Shown piece after piece: positions 1-10,198 of a DNA stretch of 64,000 nucleotides. Both the position numbers and the translations under genes were made by a program. The stretch lies in the IMG/VR virus record IMGVR_UViG_3300027747_002198, positions 97,800-161,799 of that record. One strand, given 5' to 3'. The stretch comes from a virus. The number at the start of each line of letters is the position of its first letter. Position 1 is the first letter of the stretch. A model generated the notes under the pieces. It did no database searches. It saw only the letters and a list, made by a program, of their open reading frames with translations, and had not been told where the DNA came from.

Positions 1-1
1 T

Positions 2-415
2 GTTTATGCTGGTGCTGAAGCTCGAGCAGGTTCTTTAGCATCTATTGAAATATTTTCAGCATTGGTTGGTGTAATTGATTCTAAGTTTGCCGGAGAAATT
101 AAAAAAACTTTTGATGAAGGAAATAAAATATATAGAAAAGAGTTGGCTGCGTGGTTGAAAAAGTATGCAGGATCTAAAAAACCAGAACTTGAAAAAGATA
201 GTGTAACTGGTAAAAATAAAAAAACTCCGCTTAGAGAATTATTTGAAAAAGAACGAGCAGAATTGAGTGCATTGAACGTTATCAATAAAATTATGCCAAA
301 AATTAAAAATTGGCTAAATCAAGATAAAGATAGAGCAGATAGTTTTGTTCGTATCATTTATGAATATTCAACTTCTCGAACAAAAGATTCAGGTAAATTT
401 GTTATAGCAAAATAG
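2..415 (+). CDS. hypothetical protein, 5'-truncated by window edge
   Basis: Frame is open from position 2 through the ORF-track ORF 62..415. Confidence 0.6.
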   Translation, partial: VYAGAEARAGSLASIEIFSALVGVIDSKFAGEIKKTFDEGNKIYRKELAAWLKKYAGSKKPELEKDSVTGKNKKTPLRELFEKERAELSALNVINKIMPKIKNWLNQDKDRADSFVRIIYEYSTSRTKDSGKFVIAK

Positions 416-423
416 GATAAATT

Positions 424-702
424 ATGGCACTAATTGATTTTGATAAACTCTCTAAACAATATGAAGATGATAATGACTTTGGATTCTCTGCCGTTTCGGA
501 AGAAGAATACAATGCTGTCATCAATAATACCACAAAAACTGCTGAGGATTACAAGGCACGGCTTGCCGAAGTAGAAAAGATTGTGATACCCTTCCTTACA
601 AAACTTCATTCTACTGGAGATAAAGAATACATATATTGGCCTAATCGTAAACCGGTTATCGAAAAACAAATTGAAAGAATATTGAAACTAACAAGAGATT
701 AA
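424..702 (+). CDS. hypothetical protein
   Basis: ATG with AGGA RBS; tightly packed with neighbours. Confidence 0.75.
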   Translation: MALIDFDKLSKQYEDDNDFGFSAVSEEEYNAVINNTTKTAEDYKARLAEVEKIVIPFLTKLHSTGDKEYIYWPNRKPVIEKQIERILKLTRD

Positions 703-704
703 TT

Positions 705-1418
705 ATGTCTGCTACTGTGATTATACCAACGACTGGAGTGCCAGAAGTTGTTGATGCTGTAAAGTCTGTTTTAAATCAAACTTATCCTACTGATTGTTAT
801 GTGGTCATCGATGGTGATGACTATGTTGATAAAGCTGTTGAATTATTAAAACAATTTGATGGTAATGAACGATTCCATATTACTGCTTTACCTGTCAATG
901 TTGGTGCCAAAGGTTTTTATGGCCACCGAATCTATGCAGCATTTACCCACCTTATTAATACTAATTATGTTATGTGGCTCGACCAAGATAACTGGTTGGG
1001 TAATCGTCATGTGCAAGAATGTGTTGAAACAATAGAAGCCAGAAATTTAGATTGGTGTTACGCTTTACGACAAATACATCATAAGAGTGGAGATTTTGCT
1101 GCCTTTGATGATTGTGAATCTCTAGGTAAATGGCAATCGTATCACGGAATAAATCATATAGATACTAATTGTTATTGTGTTAAAACAGAAGTAGCAACAA
1201 AAATTGCAAGTGTGTGGCATGGTGGCTGGGGGCAAGATAGAGTATTCTTATCCACAATTTCTCAATACTTTCCAAAATTTGATTGCACAAATGAATATAC
1301 GGTACATTACCGTGTAGATGGTGGCAGAGGTTCTGTAACATCAGAATTCTTTGAAAATGGAAATAAAATAATGAATGAAAAATATAATGGAGTTTACCCA
1401 TGGCGCAAAAAGACCTAA
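705..1418 (+). CDS. glycosyltransferase family 2 (GT-A)
   Basis: ATVIIPT...AVKSVLNQTY...VVIDG and WLDQD DxD motif. Confidence 0.85.
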   Translation: MSATVIIPTTGVPEVVDAVKSVLNQTYPTDCYVVIDGDDYVDKAVELLKQFDGNERFHITALPVNVGAKGFYGHRIYAAFTHLINTNYVMWLDQDNWLGNRHVQECVETIEARNLDWCYALRQIHHKSGDFAAFDDCESLGKWQSYHGINHIDTNCYCVKTEVATKIASVWHGGWGQDRVFLSTISQYFPKFDCTNEYTVHYRVDGGRGSVTSEFFENGNKIMNEKYNGVYPWRKKT

Positions 1419-2257
1419 TTATTGGCGGATTTACAGGATACAATTATAATCAACTAAAACCATGGGTCGAATCAATCGATGACTGTGGTTTTACTGGTGA
1501 CAAAGTGATGGTGGTTGGTGATGCCTCACAAGAAACTATCGGTGAACTAATCAAAAGGAACTTTGTTATTGTTCCAATGATGAGAATCAATGCTCCTGTT
1601 CATGTAGCACGATTCTTATCAATCTACGACTTTCTCAAAGCACATTATAACCGATATCGTTATGTGGTTACCACAGACGTTAAAGATGTTATATTTCAAA
1701 CTAATCCAATGGTTTGGTTAGAAAATAATTTAGGCAGTTCCCAATTGGTTGCCGGTTCAGAAGGAATGAAATATAAAGATGAGCCATGGGGTAATGAGAA
1801 TCTAATGCAAACTTATGGTCCGTATGTACATGAGTTGTTCAAAAATAATAAAATCTACAATGTTGGAACAATCGGTGGTGATGCAGAGTATGTTAAAGAT
1901 ATGGTGTTTAATATTTTTTGGAACGCAATCAACCGACCTATTCCTATCTGTGATCAAGCGGTTTATAATGTTCTAATTCAAACACAACCTTTCTTTGATG
2001 CAACAAAATTTGCCGACCAACAAGATGGTTGGGCTTGTCAAGCAGGCACAACAGTAGATCCATCCAAGATTGAACAGTTTAGACCTTTCTTAACCGAGAA
2101 AGAACCAATCTTTGAAGATGGTATTGTAAAAACTTGTGATGGTGTTCCGTTTGCTATTGTGCACCAATATGACCGAGTACCGGAATGGAAGAAATTTATT
2201 CAAGAGAAGTATAAACAAGAAGAACCCGAAGCATTTTTCACTTATAGGACAACATAA
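1400..2257 (+). CDS. putative GT-A glycosyltransferase
   Basis: VVTTDVKDVIFQ, YNVGTIGG, DQAVYN, IVHQYDR motifs. Confidence 0.65.
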   Translation: MAQKDLIIGGFTGYNYNQLKPWVESIDDCGFTGDKVMVVGDASQETIGELIKRNFVIVPMMRINAPVHVARFLSIYDFLKAHYNRYRYVVTTDVKDVIFQTNPMVWLENNLGSSQLVAGSEGMKYKDEPWGNENLMQTYGPYVHELFKNNKIYNVGTIGGDAEYVKDMVFNIFWNAINRPIPICDQAVYNVLIQTQPFFDATKFADQQDGWACQAGTTVDPSKIEQFRPFLTEKEPIFEDGIVKTCDGVPFAIVHQYDRVPEWKKFIQEKYKQEEPEAFFTYRTT

Positions 2258-2259
2258 TC

Positions 2260-2790
2260 ATGGATTTTGAACAATTATATCAAGAAGCTTGTGCCAAAGA
2301 AACTGACATCTTTGAACATTTACCTGTATTATCAGATTTGACTTCACAATGTAAACACGTTACTGAACTTGGTGTTGGTTGGGCTCAAAGTACCCGAGCA
2401 TTTCTCCGTCACGATGTTGAATTACATAGTTATGAATTGATGCCACAACCTGGTATTGTCGAGTTTTTTGAACAGGCAAAAGCCGCTGGACGAAATGTTT
2501 ATTTGCATATTGATGATACTCGTAAAGTTGAAATTGCACCTACAGAATTGTTGTTTGTTGATAGTTTACATATTTACGAACAAGTACAAAAAGAATTACA
2601 ATTACATGCTGATAAAGCAAGTAAGTATCTTGTATTCCATGATACAACATCTTATGCTGTTAATGGTGAATTTGGTGGCAAAGGTATTTGGCCTGCTATT
2701 CAGGAGTTTATGGATACACATCCAGAATGGGAATTACTTGAACGCAGAACTAACAATAACGGACTAACAACTTTGAAACGAGTTGCATGA
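2260..2790 (+). CDS. class I SAM-dependent methyltransferase (Methyltransf_24-like)
   Basis: [28 protein letters not shown] motifs. Confidence 0.8.
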   Translation: MDFEQLYQEACAKETDIFEHLPVLSDLTSQCKHVTELGVGWAQSTRAFLRHDVELHSYELMPQPGIVEFFEQAKAAGRNVYLHIDDTRKVEIAPTELLFVDSLHIYEQVQKELQLHADKASKYLVFHDTTSYAVNGEFGGKGIWPAIQEFMDTHPEWELLERRTNNNGLTTLKRVA

Positions 2791-3710
2791 AAAAAATATT
2801 AGTGACTGGTGGTGCCGGATTTCTCGGTAGCCACCTTTGTGATAAATTGGTATCTCAAGGGCATCATGTGCTTTGCGTAGACAATTATTTTACCGGCAGC
2901 AAACAAAACATACAACTTCTTTTGAATAAACCAAATTTTGAAATTATTCGTCAAGATATTTGTTTTCCTCTTTATGTTGAAGTTGATGAGATTTATAATC
3001 TTGCTTGTCCGGCTTCGCCTGTACACTATCAACACGACCCAATCCAGACAATGAAAACAAGCATCTTGGGTGCATATAATATGTTAGGTTTGGCGAAAAG
3101 AACTGGCGCAAAGATTCTGCAAGCATCAACATCGGAAGTCTATGGTGATCCACTTGTTCATCCACAAACAGAAGAATATTGGGGTAATGTAAATCCAATT
3201 GGTATTCGTTCTTGTTATGATGAAGGCAAGCGTGCCGCAGAAACTTTGTTTATGGATTATAATCGCAAACATAACGTGGCCACAAAAATTATTCGTATTT
3301 TCAATACTTATGGTCCTAGGATGTCACCTAATGATGGCCGAGTTGTTAGTAACTTCATTACACAAGCGTTAACAGGTAAAGATATTACAATTTATGGTGA
3401 TGGTTCACAAACAAGAAGCTTTTGTTATGTGGTTGATTTGATTGATGGTATGATGAAGATGATGGATTCAAAAGTTGCTGGGCCAATTAATCTAGGAAAT
3501 CCAAATGAATACACAATGTTAGAGTTAGCTGAAAATGTTATTAAAAAAACCAAATCAAAAAGTAGAATTGTTTTTCACGAATTGCCTGAAGATGATCCAA
3601 AACAAAGGCAACCCAACATTACAAAAGCAAGAGAATTATTAAATTGGAAACCATATTATGATTTAGAATATGGTTTACTTGAAACAATACATTATTTTAA
3701 ATTATTATGA
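2787..3710 (+). CDS. UDP-glucuronate decarboxylase (UDP-xylose synthase, extended SDR)
   Basis: [58 protein letters not shown]. Confidence 0.93.
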   Translation: MKKILVTGGAGFLGSHLCDKLVSQGHHVLCVDNYFTGSKQNIQLLLNKPNFEIIRQDICFPLYVEVDEIYNLACPASPVHYQHDPIQTMKTSILGAYNMLGLAKRTGAKILQASTSEVYGDPLVHPQTEEYWGNVNPIGIRSCYDEGKRAAETLFMDYNRKHNVATKIIRIFNTYGPRMSPNDGRVVSNFITQALTGKDITIYGDGSQTRSFCYVVDLIDGMMKMMDSKVAGPINLGNPNEYTMLELAENVIKKTKSKSRIVFHELPEDDPKQRQPNITKARELLNWKPYYDLEYGLLETIHYFKLL

Positions 3711-4441
3711 GCATATCTTTTTTCCATATCGCATCAGTATATCCTAAAGCAACCGATGTAATCATAGAGAATGTTAGAAAACATCATCCAAATGATTATT
3801 ATTTTTTGGCTGTCGATGGACTCAGAATGAATTACTTCAATACATCTGACAAATATTTTTGTGATACTATTATCTATGGCCAAAAGATTGGTGGTCCTGT
3901 TCCACCATATGGTTTTACTTTAGAGAAAACTATTGAGTTCTTTGAGAGATTCCGTAGGGCTTGCCGAGGCGCTAACACATCACATATAATAATGATGGAA
4001 GATGACGTATTGATTACTAAACCTATTACAGTTAATCCTGAATGGGAACATGTGGGTGCTGATACACGAATTGGTAATCATTTACCAGATTTTCTTCTTG
4101 ATATGATTGAGATACATTCTGGCAAACGGCCAATACGAACACAATATGGTGCAGGCGGCGGTTCAATTTTTAAAGTATCAACTTTTTTGGAACACTATGA
4201 AAGAAACATTCAATGGTTCAAAAACAACTTTAATATTATTCAAACAATGTATCCGACAATTGGTTATGTTGACTGCTTTATGAATGTTTATTATTGGTTA
4301 GCCGGTAAAGATTATTCTGCTAATCCACACAGAACAGATACACATAACCATCAGCCAGGATTTGATTATGAGGCCTTTATAAGTAATCAACCAAGTGAAA
4401 TTGAAATTATTAACAATTACAAGAAATACTATTATGAATGA
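3707..4441 (+). CDS. putative glycosyltransferase
   Basis: LAVDG and MMEDDV DxD-like motifs; cluster context. Confidence 0.55.
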   Translation: MSISFFHIASVYPKATDVIIENVRKHHPNDYYFLAVDGLRMNYFNTSDKYFCDTIIYGQKIGGPVPPYGFTLEKTIEFFERFRRACRGANTSHIIMMEDDVLITKPITVNPEWEHVGADTRIGNHLPDFLLDMIEIHSGKRPIRTQYGAGGGSIFKVSTFLEHYERNIQWFKNNFNIIQTMYPTIGYVDCFMNVYYWLAGKDYSANPHRTDTHNHQPGFDYEAFISNQPSEIEIINNYKKYYYE

Positions 4442-5234
4442 ACTTACTATTGTAACGGCCTTCTTTGATATTGGTCGTGGTGAATGGACTCCTGATAAAG
4501 GTTTGCCTTCTTACCTACAAAGAACAACCGATACTTATTTTGAACGATTTGGCCACATGGCCAAACTTGATAATCACATCATCGTTTATACCTCTAATGA
4601 TTTTGTTGACCAAATCAAAGAAATTCGTGGTGACAAACCAACAACAGTTCTTACAGTTGATTTTCCTAATTCTTTTGTTAAACTCCGTGAAGAAGTTTCT
4701 CGTGTACAAAAAAGTCCAGAATATCAAGCAAAAATAAATCCCATGCAAGTACGAAATCCAGAATATTGGAACGCTGACTACGTTATCGTCAATGCTTTAA
4801 AATCATCTTTTGCAACACAAGCTATTCAAAGAGGAGTTGTTGAAACCGAAATGTTGGCTTGGTTAGATTTTGGTTATTGTCGTGACGAAGATACACTTAA
4901 CGGTGTAACAAACTGGCAGTATCCATTTGATAAAGAAAAAATTCATTTCTTTAATATTAAAGAATGGGTTGAAGGCACATACATTCAAAATGTAATTGCC
5001 AATAATGATGTACATATTACAGGACCAATGATTGTCGCCAGCAAAGAAAATTGGCCAGTATTGGAACAATTAGTGCACCATAGTATCAACGAACTATTAA
5101 AGAATGATTTGATTGATGATGATCAAACTTTATTATTGATGTCATATTTACAAAAACCAGAATTATTTGAATTACATTTCCTCAAAGATAATTGGTTTGC
5201 TGCTTTTAAGGATTATCATGCTGATATATGTTAG
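4434..5234 (+). CDS. HtrL/YibB (WlaTC)-family glycosyltransferase-like protein
   Basis: TIVTAFFDIGRG, AWLDFG, IDDDQTLL signatures; start placed at ATG 4434. Confidence 0.8.
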   Translation: MNELTIVTAFFDIGRGEWTPDKGLPSYLQRTTDTYFERFGHMAKLDNHIIVYTSNDFVDQIKEIRGDKPTTVLTVDFPNSFVKLREEVSRVQKSPEYQAKINPMQVRNPEYWNADYVIVNALKSSFATQAIQRGVVETEMLAWLDFGYCRDEDTLNGVTNWQYPFDKEKIHFFNIKEWVEGTYIQNVIANNDVHITGPMIVASKENWPVLEQLVHHSINELLKNDLIDDDQTLLLMSYLQKPELFELHFLKDNWFAAFKDYHADIC

Positions 5235-5937
5235 TTGTACCGGTAATCTAGGAGATTTTGCTAACGCATTACCTGTTATTTCAGGTTTATCATTATACGA
5301 CAAACGGCCAATCGATTTGGTCATCAAAGGTGAGATGCGTAAGTTTAATGGAATCAAAGAACTACTACTTCAACAACCTTGTATTAATTCGGTTGAATTT
5401 GATGATGAAGTTTATTTCAATGGCGGAATTAATTTAAGTTCTTGGACTCGCATGGACCAAGATGATTCCAATCGACCAATTGAAACTTGCCGTTACGAAA
5501 ATTGGATAAGAGATAATTACAAATTAGATTTTAAGGTCGATGATGATTTTGAACTTCAGTTCACTCCAATGGAAGTTGAAAATACAGGCGATAAAACAGT
5601 TATTGGTGATCGATGGAATCATGCAACAATCGACACTCGAAGAAAAACAAATGTGGTTGAACACGGAGCAAATCCGGATCCAGCAAAAGTATTCTATTTG
5701 GACTATACAAAACCAATTTGTTACAATTTGTCGATAATTAAAAATAGTCCTCGACATTTTGTTACAACTTTTACTGGCATTGGTATTCTTGCTGATCTAA
5801 TGAATAAAGAAACCATTTGTTGTTGGGACGAAGATATGAGGATGTGGGATGGACATCCTGTTGAATACGACTTCATCCGCCATTACTATGGCAATCGTAA
5901 ATCAAAACTTGTTTATGTGAAAGATTTAGTAATATGA
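5218..5937 (+). CDS. GT9 (heptosyltransferase)-like protein
   Basis: GNLGDFANALPVI N-terminal motif; FVTTFTGIGILA C-terminal motif. Confidence 0.55.
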   Translation: MLIYVSCTGNLGDFANALPVISGLSLYDKRPIDLVIKGEMRKFNGIKELLLQQPCINSVEFDDEVYFNGGINLSSWTRMDQDDSNRPIETCRYENWIRDNYKLDFKVDDDFELQFTPMEVENTGDKTVIGDRWNHATIDTRRKTNVVEHGANPDPAKVFYLDYTKPICYNLSIIKNSPRHFVTTFTGIGILADLMNKETICCWDEDMRMWDGHPVEYDFIRHYYGNRKSKLVYVKDLVI

Positions 5938-6641
5938 TTATTAATATTCGTAAAGGTGTTTTCGGCGATTGCATTCGTGGTGGTGATTTAGTTGCTATTG
6001 GAAATGTAGTAGAGCATTTAAGAAAAGTTAATAACAATCCTAACATTAGATTTTGGATTGATCCAAAAGCAACTAGTTCTGATAGATATGTTCAAGATTT
6101 TCATTCATTTTTAATTGCTATGACAGATTATTTTTCCTCATTTGAAGGCCAAGAAGAATTGCCATGGCGTAGAATTAATCTTTGGGATTTTCGTGATATC
6201 TCTGGTGATTTGGTTAAAATACCAAACACTAAAGAAATGAAAAAGAAAATTGTAATCTTTCCTTTGACAGATGCTCCATACAATCAATGGCGTAATTGGC
6301 CACCACATCTATTATCAGAATTAATTAAAAAGTACGATGGTGAAGAATATAAAGATTATGTTAAAATAATTTGTTCTAAAAATTCAGCATATTATGGTGA
6401 AGAATGGACTTGTAGTACCGATATAATAGATAATCTAAACCATATTATGGATGCCGAAATCTTTGTTGGTGGTGACACAGGAACAACACATTTTGCATTT
6501 GCGCTTGACAGAGCACCTAAAGACCTGTTATACTATGGATCCAGTCGAGCATTGGTGCATACATTACCTTTCTATTTACTACAAGGTAAAGGTAAAGTTA
6601 CAAATTATTGGTTGGATTTTGAGGGCTCAAAATGGCAATAA
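5934..6641 (+). CDS. GT9 (heptosyltransferase)-like protein
   Basis: GGDLVA, WRNWP, FVGGDTGTTHFAFAL motifs. Confidence 0.65.
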   Translation: MIINIRKGVFGDCIRGGDLVAIGNVVEHLRKVNNNPNIRFWIDPKATSSDRYVQDFHSFLIAMTDYFSSFEGQEELPWRRINLWDFRDISGDLVKIPNTKEMKKKIVIFPLTDAPYNQWRNWPPHLLSELIKKYDGEEYKDYVKIICSKNSAYYGEEWTCSTDIIDNLNHIMDAEIFVGGDTGTTHFAFALDRAPKDLLYYGSSRALVHTLPFYLLQGKGKVTNYWLDFEGSKWQ

Positions 6642-7285
6642 ATGATACAGCAGCAATTGTTACCGCTTTTTTTGGTAACAATGAAAATTTCTTTTATAAA
6701 CAAAACATGGCTAGAACTCTATGTAGAAACATAAAACGTTCTGATATATTTACTTGTTTGGCTTCACACTCCACTATTGATGAGAAAACTCAATCTTACA
6801 CTAATATTTCAATTTATGATGCAGACAATAGTTTTCAGATTAATGGAAAACCAAACGTAACACACAATCATGGTGTGGCAGAGTTAACTTCAATGCACAA
6901 TGCAGTAAATGCCCTTAAACGATTTGGTTTTAAATACATTATCAAATTTCCATTTGACATTGTTCCTGAAATGGATTTTACTAAACTAATAGACGATTGC
7001 AAAGCAACAGGTAAAAAATTAGTAACGGGAAGATGGGACAACGATATTACTATTGGTACTTTTGCCTTCTTTGCTGAAATTGACTTTTTCTTAGAAACAT
7101 TTTCACTCGATGAAATATATCGGTGTGACAAAGATTTAGAATATGCTTGGTTTGATTCGGTAAATGAAAAAGGTTTATTGGAACAAGTACATTTTTGTAG
7201 TGGTTATAATAATTTTATGGGAAATAATATGACACAATATTCAGAAGGTGCTGGCACGAAAGTGTTGCAGTATCCATTTAGATGA
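6632..7285 (+). CDS. hypothetical protein (glyco-island)
   Basis: 217-aa ORF overlapping both neighbours. Confidence 0.7.
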   Translation: MAINDTAAIVTAFFGNNENFFYKQNMARTLCRNIKRSDIFTCLASHSTIDEKTQSYTNISIYDADNSFQINGKPNVTHNHGVAELTSMHNAVNALKRFGFKYIIKFPFDIVPEMDFTKLIDDCKATGKKLVTGRWDNDITIGTFAFFAEIDFFLETFSLDEIYRCDKDLEYAWFDSVNEKGLLEQVHFCSGYNNFMGNNMTQYSEGAGTKVLQYPFR

Positions 7286-7974
7286 AAACACTTGGTATAA
7301 CTTGTATTGACGCTTACACATATACTCCTACAATAAAAGCGTTAAGAAAAACATTAGAAACACTAGATGGTTTATTTGATATTAAAACGGTATATTGGTT
7401 TAGTGACATTGACTTTCCTGAACCAATTGAGTATAATGTTAATTGGGTCAAAGTTAACCGATTTAAGAAATATACTGATGAATATAATTATATCACACTT
7501 AAACTTTTACCACATGTTGCAAAAGAAGATTATAACCTAATCATTCATGCTGACGGTTTTGCCGTTAATCGTGATGCGTGGGATCCAAAATTCTTAGAAT
7601 ATGATTATCTTGGTGCTCGTTGGCCAAGTGGCGGTGTTGGCAACGGAGGTTTCTGTTTGCGTAGTAAAAAATTACTTGACGCTTTATTAGAACTAGAAGT
7701 AGGTTATAAAACATCCGATTTTCCTCAGGATGTTATAAACAATTATGAAAACTATGTGTTTGATGCATTTGGTGATAAAGTTATTCCGGAAGATAACACT
7801 ATTTGTAAAATTTATAGGCCGACACTTGAACAGAAATATGGCATCAGATTTCCTGATGGAGATATCATAGATAAGTTTAGTATTGAACACAACATGAGTT
7901 CTCCTTGGCTAGGAAAAAGCTTAGGTTTTCATGGAAAACATGGCGTAGCAACACATTATGGAATTGAACTATGA
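7282..7974 (+). CDS. DUF5672-like putative glycosyltransferase
   Basis: LIIHADG, YDYLGARWP, GNGGFCLRSK, PED, LGFHG motifs. Confidence 0.75.
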   Translation: MKTLGITCIDAYTYTPTIKALRKTLETLDGLFDIKTVYWFSDIDFPEPIEYNVNWVKVNRFKKYTDEYNYITLKLLPHVAKEDYNLIIHADGFAVNRDAWDPKFLEYDYLGARWPSGGVGNGGFCLRSKKLLDALLELEVGYKTSDFPQDVINNYENYVFDAFGDKVIPEDNTICKIYRPTLEQKYGIRFPDGDIIDKFSIEHNMSSPWLGKSLGFHGKHGVATHYGIEL

Positions 7975-9266
7975 ATGAAAATAAAGAAATTACCCAAAAA
8001 ATTATTGAAGCATTATCACAGTCGGTTAGACCAAAGTATGTAAAAAATTACGATGACTTTGAAGAAGGTCAATATGTGCAATACTCCGGTCAGCTTTGGG
8101 ATGACAAAGAAGTTTATGCGGCTATTGATGCAATACTACATGGCAGTTGGGTTGTTGCAGGTGAAAAGGTTGCACAATTTCAAAACAAGTTTAGCAAAAG
8201 ATTTAATGTAAAATATTCTCACATGGTAAATTCAGGCAGTTCTGCTGATTTAATTTTGGTTGCCGCAGCCAAAAAGAGATTGCAATGGAATGATGATGAT
8301 GAAGTTATTGTATCACCGGTCGGATTCCCAACAACTATCTCAAGTATTGTACATAATAAGTTAAAACCTGTTTTTGTTGATATCGAATTGAATACACTCA
8401 ACTTTGATGTGAATTTAATTGAGAAAAAGATTACAAGTAAAACAAAAGCGATATTTGTTTCTCCCGTTCTTGCTAATCCTCCAGATATGGACAAGTTGGT
8501 TGAAATCTGCAAGAAACACAACATAGTTTTACTCGGCGATAATTGTGATTCTTTAGGTACTCTATGGAAAGATAAATTGATTACCGACCTGTATTATGCT
8601 TGGTCAACATCATTCTATCCTGCACACCATATCAGTACAGGTGAAGGCGGTATGGTGTGTTCTAATGATGAAGAATATATCAAAGAAGCAAGAAGTTTTT
8701 CTTGGTGGGGCCGTGACTGTTATTGTGTTGGTGCTAATAATCTTTTAGAATGTGGTACTTGCGGAAAACGATTTGATAATTGGTTAGATGATTATGATGG
8801 TATCATTGACCACAAATATGTGTTTACCAATATGGGGTACAATCTTAAACCCTTAGATTTGCAAGGTGCGATTGGTATTGAACAGTTGAAGAAGTTTGAT
8901 TTCTTAGAAGGCTCACGCAGAACATATAAAGAAAAAATACAACAATATATTGAATCTAATATTGATGAGGTTCGTGTTATTCGAGCAACTAAACATTCTG
9001 ATCCGTCTTGGTTTGGAGTTCCAATTTATTGTGAAACACAAGGATTAAAAGAAATGTTGGTTTCACATTTTGAAGAAAACAAAATTCAAACAAGAAACTA
9101 TTTTGCTGGAAACATTTTGTTACATCCTGGTTTCAAACATTTAGATGATTACAAATTGTATCCAAACTCAAACTTAGCATTAAGCAATGTGTTCTTTCTA
9201 GGTTGCTCTCCATTATATAATGAAAAGATATTACACTATATTGAAAAGGTCTGTAAAAAATGGTAA
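7971..9266 (+). CDS. rfbH: RfbH/DdhC-type NDP-4-keto-6-deoxyhexose 3-dehydratase (DegT/DnrJ fold)
   Basis: VNSGSSA, DNCDSLG, SFYPAHHISTGEGG (His in place of the Schiff-base Lys), GRDCYC..CGTCG Fe-S motif. Confidence 0.85.
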   Translation: MNENKEITQKIIEALSQSVRPKYVKNYDDFEEGQYVQYSGQLWDDKEVYAAIDAILHGSWVVAGEKVAQFQNKFSKRFNVKYSHMVNSGSSADLILVAAAKKRLQWNDDDEVIVSPVGFPTTISSIVHNKLKPVFVDIELNTLNFDVNLIEKKITSKTKAIFVSPVLANPPDMDKLVEICKKHNIVLLGDNCDSLGTLWKDKLITDLYYAWSTSFYPAHHISTGEGGMVCSNDEEYIKEARSFSWWGRDCYCVGANNLLECGTCGKRFDNWLDDYDGIIDHKYVFTNMGYNLKPLDLQGAIGIEQLKKFDFLEGSRRTYKEKIQQYIESNIDEVRVIRATKHSDPSWFGVPIYCETQGLKEMLVSHFEENKIQTRNYFAGNILLHPGFKHLDDYKLYPNSNLALSNVFFLGCSPLYNEKILHYIEKVCKKW

Positions 9267-10090
9267 ATCTATTTGGTAAAGGTTTTGTTGGCCTTAGATA
9301 TTGTGAAATGGTACCTGAGGTCCGAGCAAACCAAAGAAATGATTATGATGTTTGTGAAAAAGATGTACTTTACATGATATCAACAATTCATAACTATCAT
9401 GTTTGGACCAATCCTTATCTAGATATTGAAACTAATTTATCGACACTTATAGAAGTATTAGAATCATTTAGAAAATTTGATGGTGGTGGTACATTCAATT
9501 TTATTAGTTCTTGGTTTGTTTACGGTACGGTACCTTTGCCAGCGAGAGAGGATGCTCATTGTGATCCTAAAGGATTTTATAGTATCACCAAACGAACAGC
9601 AGAACAATTACTAATATCTTATTGCGAAACATATAAATTAAATTATAGAATTATTCGTTTACCCAACGTGTTAGGCGAAACAGACAGTAAAGTTTCAAAA
9701 AAGAAAAACGCATTACAATATATGTTGCGTCAAGTTCAAAGTAATGAAACATTAAGTTTGTATGATGGTGGCCATGCACTTAGAGATTATATGTATGTGG
9801 ATGATGTTGTCCGAGCAATACATTTGATTCTAGAAAAAGGTAATCAAAACGAAATCTACAATATTGGTACTGGAGTTGGAGTATCAGTTAGACAATGCCT
9901 TGATTATGCTATAAAAAAGATAAACTCCACTTCAAAAATCGAAGTAATAGAACCGGCCGAGTTTCACAAAGTGGTACAAACGGTAAATATGGTAATCGAT
10001 AATACCAAAATTAAGAACCTAGGATTCTTGCCAAAATACACAATTTATGATATAATTGACAGGTTGTTAGAGAAAAACCCAACAATTTGA
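9260..10090 (+). CDS. NAD-dependent epimerase/dehydratase/reductase (extended SDR)
   Basis: GKGFVG, FISSWFVYG, YSITK (YxxxK), RDYMYVDD. Confidence 0.85.
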   Translation: MVNLFGKGFVGLRYCEMVPEVRANQRNDYDVCEKDVLYMISTIHNYHVWTNPYLDIETNLSTLIEVLESFRKFDGGGTFNFISSWFVYGTVPLPAREDAHCDPKGFYSITKRTAEQLLISYCETYKLNYRIIRLPNVLGETDSKVSKKKNALQYMLRQVQSNETLSLYDGGHALRDYMYVDDVVRAIHLILEKGNQNEIYNIGTGVGVSVRQCLDYAIKKINSTSKIEVIEPAEFHKVVQTVNMVIDNTKIKNLGFLPKYTIYDIIDRLLEKNPTI

Positions 10091-10146
10091 CGAGTATATA
10101 TCTAACCCAACCTTTTGATGGTTTGGTGGTGTAGTTTCAAAAGTTG

Positions 10147-10154
10147 TATAAATA
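10147..10154 (+). promoter_or_regulatory. T4-type late promoter TATAAATA
   Basis: Exact T4 late consensus in the intergenic region ~45 nt upstream of ATG 10199. Confidence 0.8.
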
Positions 10155-10198
10155 AGCAATCGGCAACCAAAGTGTGTTGCATATCTAGAAGGAAATTA

